A program made the translations under genes and the position numbers. A DNA stretch of 61,523 nt, the filler included, from Platydemus manokwari (taxonomy: Eukaryota): assembly GCA_037951405.1 (NCBI GenBank). It is 5 parts of 5 records of this genome, joined end to end, with 100 filler letters (N's around TTAATTAATTAA, not from the genome) between each part and the next. Parts side by side here need not be neighbours in the genome. Positions count along the whole stretch, not along the records: positions 39,483 to 50,811 come from JBBMOY010756648.1; positions 50,912 to 61,523 come from JBBMOY011119663.1; 3 more parts are not named here. One strand, written 5' to 3'. Of the stretch, positions 39,629 through 52,481 are shown one piece after another; positions within the stretch are counted from its first letter, which is position 1; each line of letters begins with the position of its first letter. Under the pieces are notes generated by a model. It did no database searches, was not told the origin of the DNA, and saw only the letters and a list, made by a program, of their open reading frames with translations.

Positions 39629-40771
39629 ATTGTATTATTTGTAAAAATGTGATGAACAATTTAACAATACAATGATGTATATTACACTTTAATTTGTAAA
39701 TATTAAAAGACTAAAAACAATCAAGTATAATTATCGATTAAAATTGTTATAATGTAGATGGTAATTAAAATTAACAATTATAGGATACAAATAATGTAAA
39801 TGAAACAAATAAACGGGATTTGCAATTTTATCATTCACAATTTTCATATTTCTTAGGATTAATTTGGATAGAAATCATATGATAGTGACCGTTTGAGACC
39901 TCTAATTACGCCAGAGGCTTAAGGATTATTTAACATTAAGACTTCGTAATTGGTCCCTAAATTAGTTAAAGTTTAATTGAACTGAGTCCTAGTCAAATAA
40001 ATTATTGATAAGATGTATCATAAACATTATTACACTTTTAAAATTATGTTAATTTTGGAACTATTCTAACTTAACGGCTCGATCTTATTTTTCTAATCTG
40101 ACTCCTACTCTAATTCCTACTCACACCAAAACAAATACTTCCCTCTGATTAAGATATATTTATATTGCACCATGTAAGAACACAAGTTTCAGTAAAGTTA
40201 CGTTAATGATATGAGGATCGAGTTCCCGGATTTCTGTTGAATACAGCTCAGAATCTACTCCTGCCTAATATCAAACTGTAACGTAATACTTTACTAATTA
40301 GCTCACTACCATTACAAAAATACCTTGAACAGCTCTTCTGATCTTGTACAATTACACTTGTTGCAGGGCTAACCACTTTATCAAAATGCATCTTGCCTTT
40401 TAGTAGTCTTTCATTGAATGGCGAAAATAAAGAGTTAAATCGGTCTTTATTTACTTAAACTTAATATATTTTAACCATCCACATCCCTTCTGTGTGCTTC
40501 TTATCTTTCATACTTATTACAGTATGAACGCACTATTTATTTATTTCAGTTACCGGAAATATCTGATAACTGTTATTCTGAACTTTAAATTACTATAAAT
40601 TGTACTAAATAATTTAACTTTACTAAATTATTTAATTTTAACCAAATAAATTTTCATTTCATTTTATTTTAAATGTTAGATAGTAATTTAATTCTATTTC
40701 GAACATTTATCTTTTAGTTAATATTATCTATTATGAGATTGGCATTTTAATCGTATACTCTTTATTGCATT

Positions 40772-41367
40772 TGTTTTATTAGGATCCGAATCCAACCCAC
40801 AATGAGTCATATAAGCACATATCACGCCCACAAATATAATAATATAATAAAATTCCAAAAATAAACCAAATTCTATAAATAGAATTTAATAATTACAAAA
40901 ATAGATTAAAATCTAAGAATAGAATTTATTAATTCCAAAAATATATCAGAAAATAAAAATAGGATTTTAGAATTCCAAAATTAGAAAATTTATGATTGGG
41001 CACAGAGACAACGAAAATTAGTATAAAAGCAGTCGGAGAAACAGAACAATTTGCCAAAAACTTTATTTGACAAAGAGCTAACTGACACTTATCAGCTTTA
41101 AGCAGCGATCTACCAGGAAATTACAACCAGCGAGAAACTTTTTGTAAGAAACAATACTCCGTCACGAGCCAACTGACTAAGCAGCAAGGTATAAAGCGAC
41201 TCATTGAGTAAATTTCATAACGTGTCGATAGATTTGGTGTTAACTAAATATCTCTTTGTTTTTCTCCCATATTTTTTAATAGGTTTTATTTCATTGTACG
41301 GTTCACCCGTATCGTGATTCTTGCCCTCTGGTTAAGCAAGCCACACTTCGCCAGTTCTTTGTTAACA
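40772..41367 (+). mobile_element. Possible LTR remnant
   Basis: Internal TATA (GTATAAAAGCAG) and an end at ...TGTTAACA; boundaries and TSD not established. Confidence 0.25.
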
Positions 41368-42349
41368 TAAATACTAACTAATTGTAATCACTACTCATTG
41401 TATTATTTTGATTCATAATTATATCTTATTTCAGTGCGTTATTGTTATTTATTATTATATTGCTATTTACATTATAAACTACTTCTATCGAACGTAACCA
41501 ATCGTTTGGAGTCCGATTGGAATCAACGAGCACATTAGATAAATAAAGCGCAACCAACTCAAAACCACCAACAATTCCCCAAACATCTTTATAATATAAA
41601 ACCACTAATTACACCAACACACCTCACTCATCAATATATATATATATACCAATAGAATCATATATTTAATCGATAACAAATGAGGAGTAAATGAACCGCA
41701 TTGTAACAATGAAGATGAAGTTGATTAAAGTGATTGTGGTCTCTAATCCAACAACAGTAAGTTATTGAATGGTATATTTTATACTGTTAATTGGAAATGT
41801 GGAATTATTGAAAGTGCTTTCAAAATATCTTCTGCAAATCTTTTACCAAAATATATTAAACATTTTAATAAATATTACTAAAAATAATTTTATTTTTAAC
41901 TTATTCATTGGGAAATATCCGGATGATTTTCTTCCATATAATCCAAAGTAATCTGTATCCATTTAAATATCATTGTCCTCGATACTCCTTATCCAGATTA
42001 ATTAAATAAATTTTTAGGAAAATTTAATTTTTAATATTATATTTTAATAAATGAAGAGAAAAGGAAGCGCAGAAAACTTATTGGGTACTACTTAATTTTT
42101 GAATGAAATGAAGCATCGACAATTCCAACACATCCTATTAGTAATAGATAAGCAAATCTCTATAAACGATCCAGCCATTTATTTGTTCACTAAATTATGC
42201 TTTAATCGACCTCTAAATACGTTTAAAATAGTCCGATTGAAAACAAGGATAAATTTCACCTACTAATCAAGAAATATATTTTACATCAAAGAATCAAATT
42301 AGTTTATCAAAATGGACCACCATTTATATTACCTAACAATCTTTCGATA

Positions 42350-42620
42350 CATACAACGCAACTTGGAGAACTTATTATTCTTCCCAAATATCTATTGGCA
42401 CTGTTGAAATTGCGTATGCGAGAAACAAGTAGCGTTAAAATTGTTTTCAAGTCTATTTGTTCCCAGGCCATTTTGATGCAGATGGCTAGAAATATCCGCT
42501 TTTTGGGTTGGATAAATCCGAATGTATCGATTGTCTTTTATGTGTGTAAGATTTACTTGGTAATCGTTCATAAGCAAACTTAATTGCTTCCATTATTGGC
42601 AAGTCTAGCAGATTTAATTA
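42350..42620 (-). mobile_element. Tigger/pogo DDE transposase remnant
   Basis: LLDLPIMEAIKFAYER (QPLD.GII..FK..YR-like), then after a frameshift CIKMAWEQIDLKTI (AW..V...TI motif). Confidence 0.55.
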
Positions 42621-45600
42621 TATCTATATTTTTCATCATCTAATAGAGGAATGAAATAAAGTTTTAGTCAAATCGATTCGGTATGCAACAAGTGTATGAG
42701 AGATGTGTAGATATAAATTAGACGTGTGTCTTAACAAGTTGGTAAAGAAACAATAATAAAATTTATTTTTCAATTTCACATCAAAATTCGTAATATGAGA
42801 TTTTCTTTTGATGAATTAGCCGTCACACGGATAATAGCTGTTATAATAATTGATTTTCGACTTCGATGATAATCAAACTTTACGGGCTGCAAGTTAATAA
42901 GATTTTCATTAGAGGAGTGGCCCAAAAATTACTACATTTGTATTTAAGTTGAGGTCAAATTGGAACTTGATGATAATGACCTTGACATCCACAGAATTGG
43001 ATTAACCAATATTTTTTCAAGATAAGTTTATTATAGAAGTGATGGGTTTTGATTGGTTATTCTTATCTTAGTCAAAATGTCCACTACTCCCGTAAGGTCT
43101 TCCGTTTAAATTTTAAAATTATGAATTTAATTCTCTGCTCATGGCCGTAATATTTTTTATATTTTAATGAAGTGTTAGCGATTTAGAATTGATGGATCAA
43201 CAAGATTTATTTTATTTTTGGAAAAAGTATATTTGCTTTTAATATCTATTATAAATAGAGAAAAATTAGTAACGATTGTTTGATAAAATATTTATTGAAA
43301 TTAAGAGTAAAACGAATAAAATAAAATACTAGTTATGCCGTCCAACTCTTGTGGGCACCATTATATGTGACAGTGGGTTCTACGAACTACTGAAATAAAG
43401 TCCAAAATTAGATCAAAGATAATATTTTAATAAATACTCATTTTTCTGTTGGTTTGAATATTATCAAATCGAATTCTTCTGTACCAATCAATAACTTGTA
43501 CATTTTTATCTTTGCTTACATAATTGTTTTTACTGGTCATACGATAACCTTTTTTTACTCATAAATTTTATTTTCACTCAATTTCAGTGAATTACATCAA
43601 AATTTACATTATTATAAAGGGAAAATATAATGCAATCAATTTATAATCTATAAGGTAATAACTACACCAATTATCTTTGACCTTTCATTAAATAGTTTTA
43701 TAATAATTATAATAAGTGTGCATTTTCTAGTAAATTATTAAAAATCATATAATCGATACTTGTAAAATCTTACCAAAAATTACATTAAAAATCATTCTTG
43801 AACTACATCATTTGATTACGTAAAACTCAATCAAATAGATGGAATCAGTCAATAGCTTGTTATTTTATTAAATCGATAATTTATGTCAGTGAAATATTTT
43901 ATTGCTATGAAAAGTTGTTGAAAAAATTATTTTGATTGCTATTTTCTTTTTTGTTGTTGAGTTGATTTTCGTTGGAACACATCTTCCATCGTAGGATTTA
44001 ATATGATTTGGATGAATGCTATTTCGGTTTCATTTAAATGATAATAATGTTCTTTATGAGCTAATGATCGATAAAGACAGTAATATGGGCGTATTTTGTA
44101 ATTAATATATGAGTTGATTCCATGACAGTTTAATATAACTCTATATAAAGTCAGAATCTTAAAAGATCTGGATGGTTTGATTATTAACATACAAGTAGGG
44201 ATTGTTTTCAGTGATTCTGTCGTTTGTAATGATATAAGAGTTTGCGTTTTAGTTTTTTGGTTCCTATTTCATTATTGTTTAACCGTTAAATTACTTAAAG
44301 ATAACATTGAAATAAAATTTCAGATTATTTAGTATGTTCATATTTCGAGATTGATAAATTCATTATAAGTTTATAATAATGGCGATTAAACTTAAACAAT
44401 ATCAGGAAACATTTGCAATACGACTATATAAAATAGAAATCAAAATGAAAATCACATCCAAAGCTGTAAATCATCATCATTGTTAATTATTTATATCCAT
44501 AGGATCATAAAAATAATTATACAGTCCAATATAAAATTTAATTGAAAATTCATTTCTGTTTTAGGATGCTTATATTATATTAAAAGGAAATTCAAATAGA
44601 ATGAAAGAATAAATCTCATTTCTGGATTTTTAAGGAAAAGCGGGAGTAATGATTGAATAAATGAAGATACGCTGTAAACAATTATAATGAAATTTCGAAT
44701 AAAATTCTGGAAAAATAATTTATATATAGAAATACTGCCGGAACACAGATGAAGAAAGAACTTTTATTTGAAAGAATTTTTGTTTTTTTAATAAATTTTG
44801 AGGAAAATTTTCATAGAAAAATCAAATAAAATAGACATGAATCACCAGATAGAAAATCAACAATGAAATGATATTAATAATAAGATCATTATTAAAATAA
44901 ATGAAACTCCCATGTATTTGGATTACAATTTTGTGGATTTTATGTAAATCATAATAATGGGCAGTCCACAATAAGTTGGAATGATAAAAATAATAATAGT
45001 GATCAAGAACTTTAATTATTTATTAAACATAGGTCTATGAGATAGTTAGACCAGCTACTTTATAATTTATCCTTTCTTATTATTAAATAGTTTATCAAAG
45101 ATGCTTCTATCATACTAAAAATTCTTTCAATTCGTGTGGGTTGTTCTCATCAAAAGTCATGGAGTTAATCCATACCTGAAGTTCGTATAAATCGAGATCA
45201 TCATCATCATCATCATCCAACTGCCTGAAATGACATTCATGGGTTTAATTTTTCTGTTAAATTCCTTACTTTGAATATTTTCTTGCTGACGACTGTTTTT
45301 CACAGAGTGCTCAGTAGCAGACTAGGTATTCGGAGATTGTTTCGAAAGTGCTTCTCTCGTCTGAGCTCGCTTGATAATCTCTTTGACTTCATTTTGATCG
45401 TTGTTGATTCTCATTTAATTTTTAGCACATTTTAATGCTAAATTGTCTCAGTTTTACAAATATTTATTTTGGAGGGGCTGTATTGTATTTGAGCCTTTAT
45501 CTATGGGTCTCCGTTTTTCTAAATTCTCCATTGACTCATCATAATTAATTGACTATATTTGCTTTGTAATAATTTCACTAACTTTGTATAGTTTGGACAT

Positions 45601-48600
45601 CTCATCTTTAAATTTCAAATAATTTTTAGCTGTATTTATTTCTGATTTGATTACTTTTCGCTTTAGACTGGTTTTCTCTTCACCTTATATTTTGTGTAGA
45701 TTCTCTTGCCAATAACTCTGACAATCGTCATTTTAACTAAAAGATACAGTTTAACAATAGCCAAAGGAATTAGATCATTTTAATAATATAGCTTGTTTAC
45801 TGGTTTGAAATCCTGATCTGTGAATTATTGTTTAATTGATATTATGAAATCAATAATTAAATTAATAAATTCGAATTAATGCTTAACATCAAAGCACGCT
45901 GCTTTCAAAGCCACGATAATAGAATAATTACCTTGATTTATTAATGGCTCATTTATTTAAAACAGCTATATAAACGAGTACTTCCTTTTATGAATTCTTT
46001 AACCATATCTATCTCTAAGACAGCGATGGTTCGAAATAGATCTATCCCGAACATTATACCTATTATTTTGTCTTCTTCCATATGACAAGAGTGAAAGCAA
46101 TCAATTTTTAATTCTTATTTAGAAGCTTTAATTGTTATTTTAAAAAATATTTTTATAAAAGAATGAATAAAAATATCAATTTTCAATGCAAAATAATTTT
46201 TAATTAGAATCTTAGAAGAAATTAAGAATAATAAACTATAGTTATTTTTTTCATTAACCATTGTTAATTATTTTATGGCATTAAGTTATATTTATTTTAA
46301 AGCTAATTCCAAGAATAATCCGATGAGAATAATTATTGCACTATCTGTGTTGTTTAATCGACTAAGATTCCTCACTCAAACTAGCATGTTGGTAATTCCA
46401 ATCAGAATATCAACCTGAATATCAATCAAATAATCGAGAAAAAATAAACTCAAATAATATATTATTAGTAAATTTATCTGATGAAAATAAAAAAAATCTT
46501 AAAGAAATATCTTTATCCATCAAATTAATCAAAATTCCCACTACACAAATCAAATTACGTCAGGCAATCCAATTATATTTGTAATGGAATTCTCAATTCG
46601 AGCATTGATTAAGGACTCGAACAAGGCAAACATAGGCAGCCAAGTGTCTTGTTGCATGGTAAAGCACGATTCCATTCCTTTATTCCACTATAAAGATGAG
46701 TCACATTCAAATCAGGTAAAGGACTTAAAGAGCCAAGAGAGAAAACGCCTATTAGTCTGTGATCATTATCTTGGTGATGATGATAAATTTTTCTGTGAAA
46801 TTCATTGAAATTAATTGAATTCCTGATTCACGGATTACTTTTATTTATGAAAATATTAAATATAAAAACAATTATTAATGGCAGAAATTTCGAGAAGAAT
46901 AACAATAATTTTAATAATAATAATAATGATTTTTAGTAATAATAATTATTATTATTGTGCTTGCTGTTTTTATCATTATTTTGTACCTATCAATTAATTA
47001 ATTAATTTCAAATTTTTCAGTTTAGATTATTACTGATATAAAGGATTTAAAAGAAGAGGAAAATTCAATTATTATCAATAAAGAAGAACTCATACTAACG
47101 GGAAAACACACAAATGAAGTAGAAGTCCAAAAATCATTTCCGGTAGGCTTAGATAAGAAACCACTTCACATATTGGATATTATACTAGAAGAAATTCAAG
47201 AAGTGGGCCATAACATTGAAGCAATCCCTATGATGAGTGACGAAATACCCCAACTCAGGTACCCTCGGTTATTATCCAAAAAACGCCGCCAAATAAAATT
47301 CCAGAAATACATTATTACATCGACATAAGAAGAAACAAATTAAGTTACAACAAGGTATATAGCGGATCCAAATCCACTTGCAAACTCGGATGTGAAAAAC
47401 GGCTTATTAAGCATCGCTAAAGGCATCAAATTAACAAATATCAAGCTCGAATAAACAGTGAAAGAAAGTAAAAATGACAAATGCGACATTTAAGTTTTAT
47501 TTCAGTGTTTTCAACCGCAAATATGTAGTCGATACCAAACTTACACGACTAAAATGTGAAAATATCACTCGAAGCTTCATATAAATTGAGTGTGGATAGC
47601 AAAGTTACTCATACAGGCGAAGTTGGAAAAAAGGTTTGATGGAGCTCTACCTCGAGGAGTACGATGACATCTACATAGAGCAGAGAATATAATCCTTCAA
47701 GTTGAGGGTAAAGAATAAACAGTCGAATTAACTCGATATGAAGGCACCTTCGACATAAATTCAGGAAAAATGACAAAATATTCACAATGTTGTTCAATAA
47801 ATTACAGCTGCCCAGTAAAACAGTGTCACTGAGGTGTCACTTTACTAAATCGAATACATTTTAATTTAATTAATTGGAACAGCTTGGTAAAACAAACACA
47901 AGCACTCGATTGGATGGAAAATTATAAAAAAATAATTCACGAAAAAGTTGCTCATGCAATGCTAATGATCACGCGGCAAGGAGATGCTTTACAACTTATA
48001 AAAGATCACCTAAGAACAAATATGGGGTTCTCCTGTTTGTGATCTACTATATCTCAATGAAAAAGCCTCTAAAGATGCCATTAAAATATCAAATTTATTA
48101 AATAATAAGATAGATTACTTCTATCACAACTTACAACCTATTGGTTCACTTCGAATTTTCTTGAAATTTATCTCTCTATTTCGAAAATGAACATCAACAT
48201 TTATTCTTCGTTTTGATAAAAATGCATTTAAAAAGTTGATACTAAAATCTGGATATGTTTGTTTGATAAATAGTTGTCTATAAGTGCTATATTTTTTCTA
48301 AAAGATTATTATGTATTATGAAAGTAATTGGATGTCACTTAGTTTTGTTTCTGCAAATATTCTATTAATTAGTATTCTCCAATGATATTAGTGAGGCAAT
48401 AATCAATACCTGATGTCGTTAAAAACAATATGTTCTTGAAAATGCACAGTAAATTAGCTCTGTTCAGTTCCACCCCATGTAATTCATTGTTAAATGTTTG
48501 ACAAAAGAGCTCTTAATTTAAACAATATCTTTCAAATATATTTCTAATCATAATCAGTATAATCTTCAATTATTTTATAAAGAACTGAAAAGACAAGGCA

Positions 48601-49116
48601 CCATTTTACGTATTTAAATACCATTATATAATCAAATTAATATGACTTACATAAAATCAAATTTTATGTAAAATTAAATCCTTACAAGTTTAATACAATT
48701 AAAAATTCTCACAATAAGCAGTCCATCTACTTTTAATATCCTCATTTTTAAGTAACTTTCGTACCACAGATGCTATCAAATATTTAATTTTAAAAAATTA
48801 AAGTATGTTTATATTGAGATTAGTTTGGTAAACAATATATTTTGTAAATAAACATTTTCTTAATCATCACTGATATGATAACCAAGGATTAAATTATAAA
48901 TTTAATAAAATAAAAAATTATCATAAAGTTAATATGGAATAATTTATAATACGTAATAATAATAACAATAATAATAATAATAATAATAATAATATAAAAA
49001 TAAATATTTACTTTACTTAAATGTAAATAAACAATGAAGAGTAATGTATTTATTGAAACAAATTCCATTTCATTAAACCACAATGAACTCATTAATTTTT
49101 TGATATTTCATATCAT

Positions 49117-50379
49117 TCATAGCTTCGTTTCAACTATTTTTTTTGTTTTGACGTGCCTTATTTCCGGATATTTGAGTCTTACGGTGAATTGTTCTGAATT
49201 GAAATTTGTCAAACTTCTTTGGGTATTTCTAAAAGGAATAATATTTGGATATTTTGCATTTCCTTGACAGAACAGTTGCATTAAAACAGCTTTTGCAGTA
49301 GCTCGAAACAGCTTGCCAGTAGCGCAATAGAAGAACCAATTAGAACATGCGTTAAAAAATGAAAATGAACGAAAAAGAAAATAATAAAATTTCCTATCCC
49401 ATTCATTGATATTAGGATTGATAAAATTTAGGTATATGAGGAAAATTAGAAGTGGAAATGTCGTGAGCATATACCAAATATTGATTGACACTAACAGTTG
49501 GGTCACATGACTTGCGACATTGTTTCCTCCATGGCGTGTTGATGGTTGTCTCATAGATCCTCGAGATGATCGAAAAGATACATTGTCTACCGATTTTTCA
49601 ATTTCTCCAATGTCATTTTGATTGTAGTAGGTTTCATTATTTGAGCACGAAAATGTTCGAAAACGAACAAAACTATAGATAATTGATGGTTTCAATGATG
49701 ATGCATTAAATTTGCTTTGATATTTATAGATATTCCAATATATAACAACTGTAGACCCAACCATACTCATAAATGGAATGATTCCCCAGATGACCATATC
49801 ACATACACTAGTTATTATATAATTAACTTGATCTAGTGGATCACAATCACCTTTAACAATTCTCCAACGCGTTAAATAAATAATATGAGGAAAAATCAAA
49901 AGTAAAGAGACGACACACCATATTTTTAATAATCTAGTCATGTTTAATGATGATCTTGCTTGAATTGGTCTCAAAATCAAATAAACTCTCTGTAGTGACA
50001 TTAAGGCTTGCATATAAGCCGACCAATAGAAAAAATAATTGGAAAAAAATGTATGAATGACACAAACGACATTGTTAAGATCTCTTATGTCAAAACCAAT
50101 CCACATTTTTAATAACATCCACATGGTATCAAGAATTATTATCATAAAATCACCTATACAAATACTAATTAACCATAACAATAATGTTTTCGGAAAAAGT
50201 TTGGACATAATTAGAAAAAGTAAACAGAATATACTCCCTAATACTCCCACCAACATTATTAGAGGTAAAATCCAACTTAAATAATACTTACACATTGTTT
50301 GGAAAGCTATATAATTAAAATTCCTAACATTATCATTCCAACCTTTCGAATAGGAATAGCACCAACTAAAATTTACCAT
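49117..50379 (-). CDS. Intronless orphan rhodopsin-class (class A) GPCR, probably of the flatworm-expanded PROF1/srw-like type
   Basis: 420 aa with seven hydrophobic segments. N-terminal NFS glycosylation site; TM1 GVLGS; TM2 ICIGD; Cys at the TM3 start and in ECL2; SLQRV in place of DRY; TM5 IIPF; TM6 TFP; TM7 NACSNWFFY followed by helix-8 FR. The subfamily assignment is inference. Confidence 0.93.
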   Translation of the reverse strand: MVNFSWCYSYSKGWNDNVRNFNYIAFQTMCKYYLSWILPLIMLVGVLGSIFCLLFLIMSKLFPKTLLLWLISICIGDFMIIILDTMWMLLKMWIGFDIRDLNNVVCVIHTFFSNYFFYWSAYMQALMSLQRVYLILRPIQARSSLNMTRLLKIWCVVSLLLIFPHIIYLTRWRIVKGDCDPLDQVNYIITSVCDMVIWGIIPFMSMVGSTVVIYWNIYKYQSKFNASSLKPSIIYSFVRFRTFSCSNNETYYNQNDIGEIEKSVDNVSFRSSRGSMRQPSTRHGGNNVASHVTQLLVSINIWYMLTTFPLLIFLIYLNFINPNINEWDRKFYYFLFRSFSFFNACSNWFFYCATGKLFRATAKAVLMQLFCQGNAKYPNIIPFRNTQRSLTNFNSEQFTVRLKYPEIRHVKTKKIVETKL

Positions 50380-50811
50380 TTCAAAATTCTAAACATAAAA
50401 TAATAATGTTAATTTATAGTTGAAATCAGTTCATGACCATATCATATCCAATAAAAAGATAGCGGCTAATATCTCCCATAATTTAGGGAAAATTCTCATT
50501 AAAAAGAAATATATCTTTAGTTACTCCGATAACAATAATCATTTATCGGAATCTGTCATGATAATTTAAATGCTATGTGGCGTCTGTTTGATTTAGGGAA
50601 TTTAATAATTAATTTTGGATACAAAATACAATTTAACTGTGTAAAAAGTAATTTAATTAAATAAAAAATATATAAGAATTGTCTTAAAATGAACTTGAAA
50701 AACTCATTAGAAACGAATGAACTATTCTTTCAATATTAAATATTCATTTAATAATAAATTTCTTTTAGTATTTAATAAAATATTCTGTTATTTTAGTACT
50801 ACAATTTTAGT

Positions 50812-50911
50812 NNNNNNNNNNNNNNNNNNNNNNNNNNNNNNNNNNNNNNNNNNNNTTAATTAATTAANNNNNNNNNNNNNNNNNNNNNNNNNNNNNNNNN
50901 NNNNNNNNNNN
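50812..50911. other. Synthetic contig-joining spacer
   Basis: N44-TTAATTAATTAA-N44. Confidence 0.97.
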
Positions 50912-50989
50912 ACAAAATATATTTAAATAAAGTGAGATGTGTTTATCAATTAGTTAATATATGACCTTACAATTAATAAATGATAACAG

Positions 50990-51060
50990 TTAAATTTATT
51001 CATTGAAATACAAATTTTAACTCATTTTTGTAAAAGCCCGAATCATATTAATACACCTAA
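50990..51060. mobile_element. Second copy of the right end of the mariner-family element at 30469-30712
   Basis: TTAAATTTATTCATTGAAATACAAATTTTAACTCATTTTTGTAAAAGCCCGAATCATATTAATACACCTAA|TA matches ~30642-30712 with 2 substitutions. Confidence 0.85.
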
Positions 51061-52481
51061 TAATATGGAAAGCAAGTTTATTCGTTTCCATAAAACTCAA
51101 GATCAAATACATATACTGATTATATAATATTTATTAATTTTAAAGATATATGATTTTCATTGCACTTCGAAAGTTCAATTCTTCTTAGAATGATCGGAGA
51201 AATACATCTTTGATAAATGAATCTAAAAATAGTTGAAATTAAACAATAAATTGTATAGATAATTCAGATAATTAATAAAATTTTAGATTTGTGTAAACTT
51301 CATTAAAAGCTCATCAAAGCGTAACAGTCGATTTTTTCATTATAGAAATTAAATAATCAACAAATTCTAATAATAATAGAAGTCCTTTAGATTCTTAAAT
51401 CCATTATAAAACACATTAACCACTCAAAACCCTAACATTGCAATCAATATCATTTCTGACTTGAACCAGGGTTGGGTTTAGGATCTCACCATGGGGTTGT
51501 ACATGGATTGACACAAGTAATTTGTTTGAGTTCTTGTTCTGACTACAGTTCTTGTGAAAAAAGATACCCAATGACCGTATGCGATTACATGTTTTTAGTG
51601 TATATACATTCCTTTGAATTTGTACAACGTTGGGAAGATGAGCTCCGGAAGTTATTAGACTCTGTCTATATCCACTACACTAACATAATTATTACTATAT
51701 TATTATGTTGACAATATTCTGATACCCCGAAATAAAAAATGATTTACAATTTCTTTTACTTAAAGAAAAATATTTATCAATTAAATTTAAATGGAATAAA
51801 TTATTAATATTAAATTAATTTTACAAAATAAATAAATTAAAATAATCAAGTAATTATGATTGTCAACATCATCGTTTTCAACATAAAATGGCTTAAATTG
51901 TCTACGTTTTCATTGACCTAATTGATCAAGTCATTAACAGATGATTTCTCATTTGATCAAATCATGACAAAATCGATCTCAGCAATAACTTATTTAAAGC
52001 TATTGATTGAATGTCATTATTAATAACTTGACAATTATGCTGTAAATCATGAGAATCAAAGGTAAACAATTGTTCGAAGTACTTTTGCTAACAAGTTAAA
52101 GAGATAAATTAAATTTAATGTTTTGAACAAAATGATAAATTAAAAATACTCTACTATTATAATGATTTTAGAAAAAATAGTAAAGGCGAATCACGATCTT
52201 TGAACTACAACATTTTCCCGCATATCAAAGTTTGTTTTTTAACGCATGGTTGGATATACATTAAAAATTGTATTCATATTACAATATCAACACTAGTAGT
52301 CAAATTCTATGTTCTGACAAGTTAATACAGAGTTAATACATCTCTTCAAAATTGACCTCACAAAAAAGTTCATCTGCAAGTGTTAAAATAACAACTTATA
52401 AAATTTTAAGATAAAATACACAATATAAATTACATATATTTAAAATACAAAAATGATCAAAAGCATTATAGCAACGATATT

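Noticed and set aside
41900-41990. Minus-strand DYFGL resembling a FERM motif
   Set aside because: Five-residue match only, with a stop just upstream and no other FERM features.
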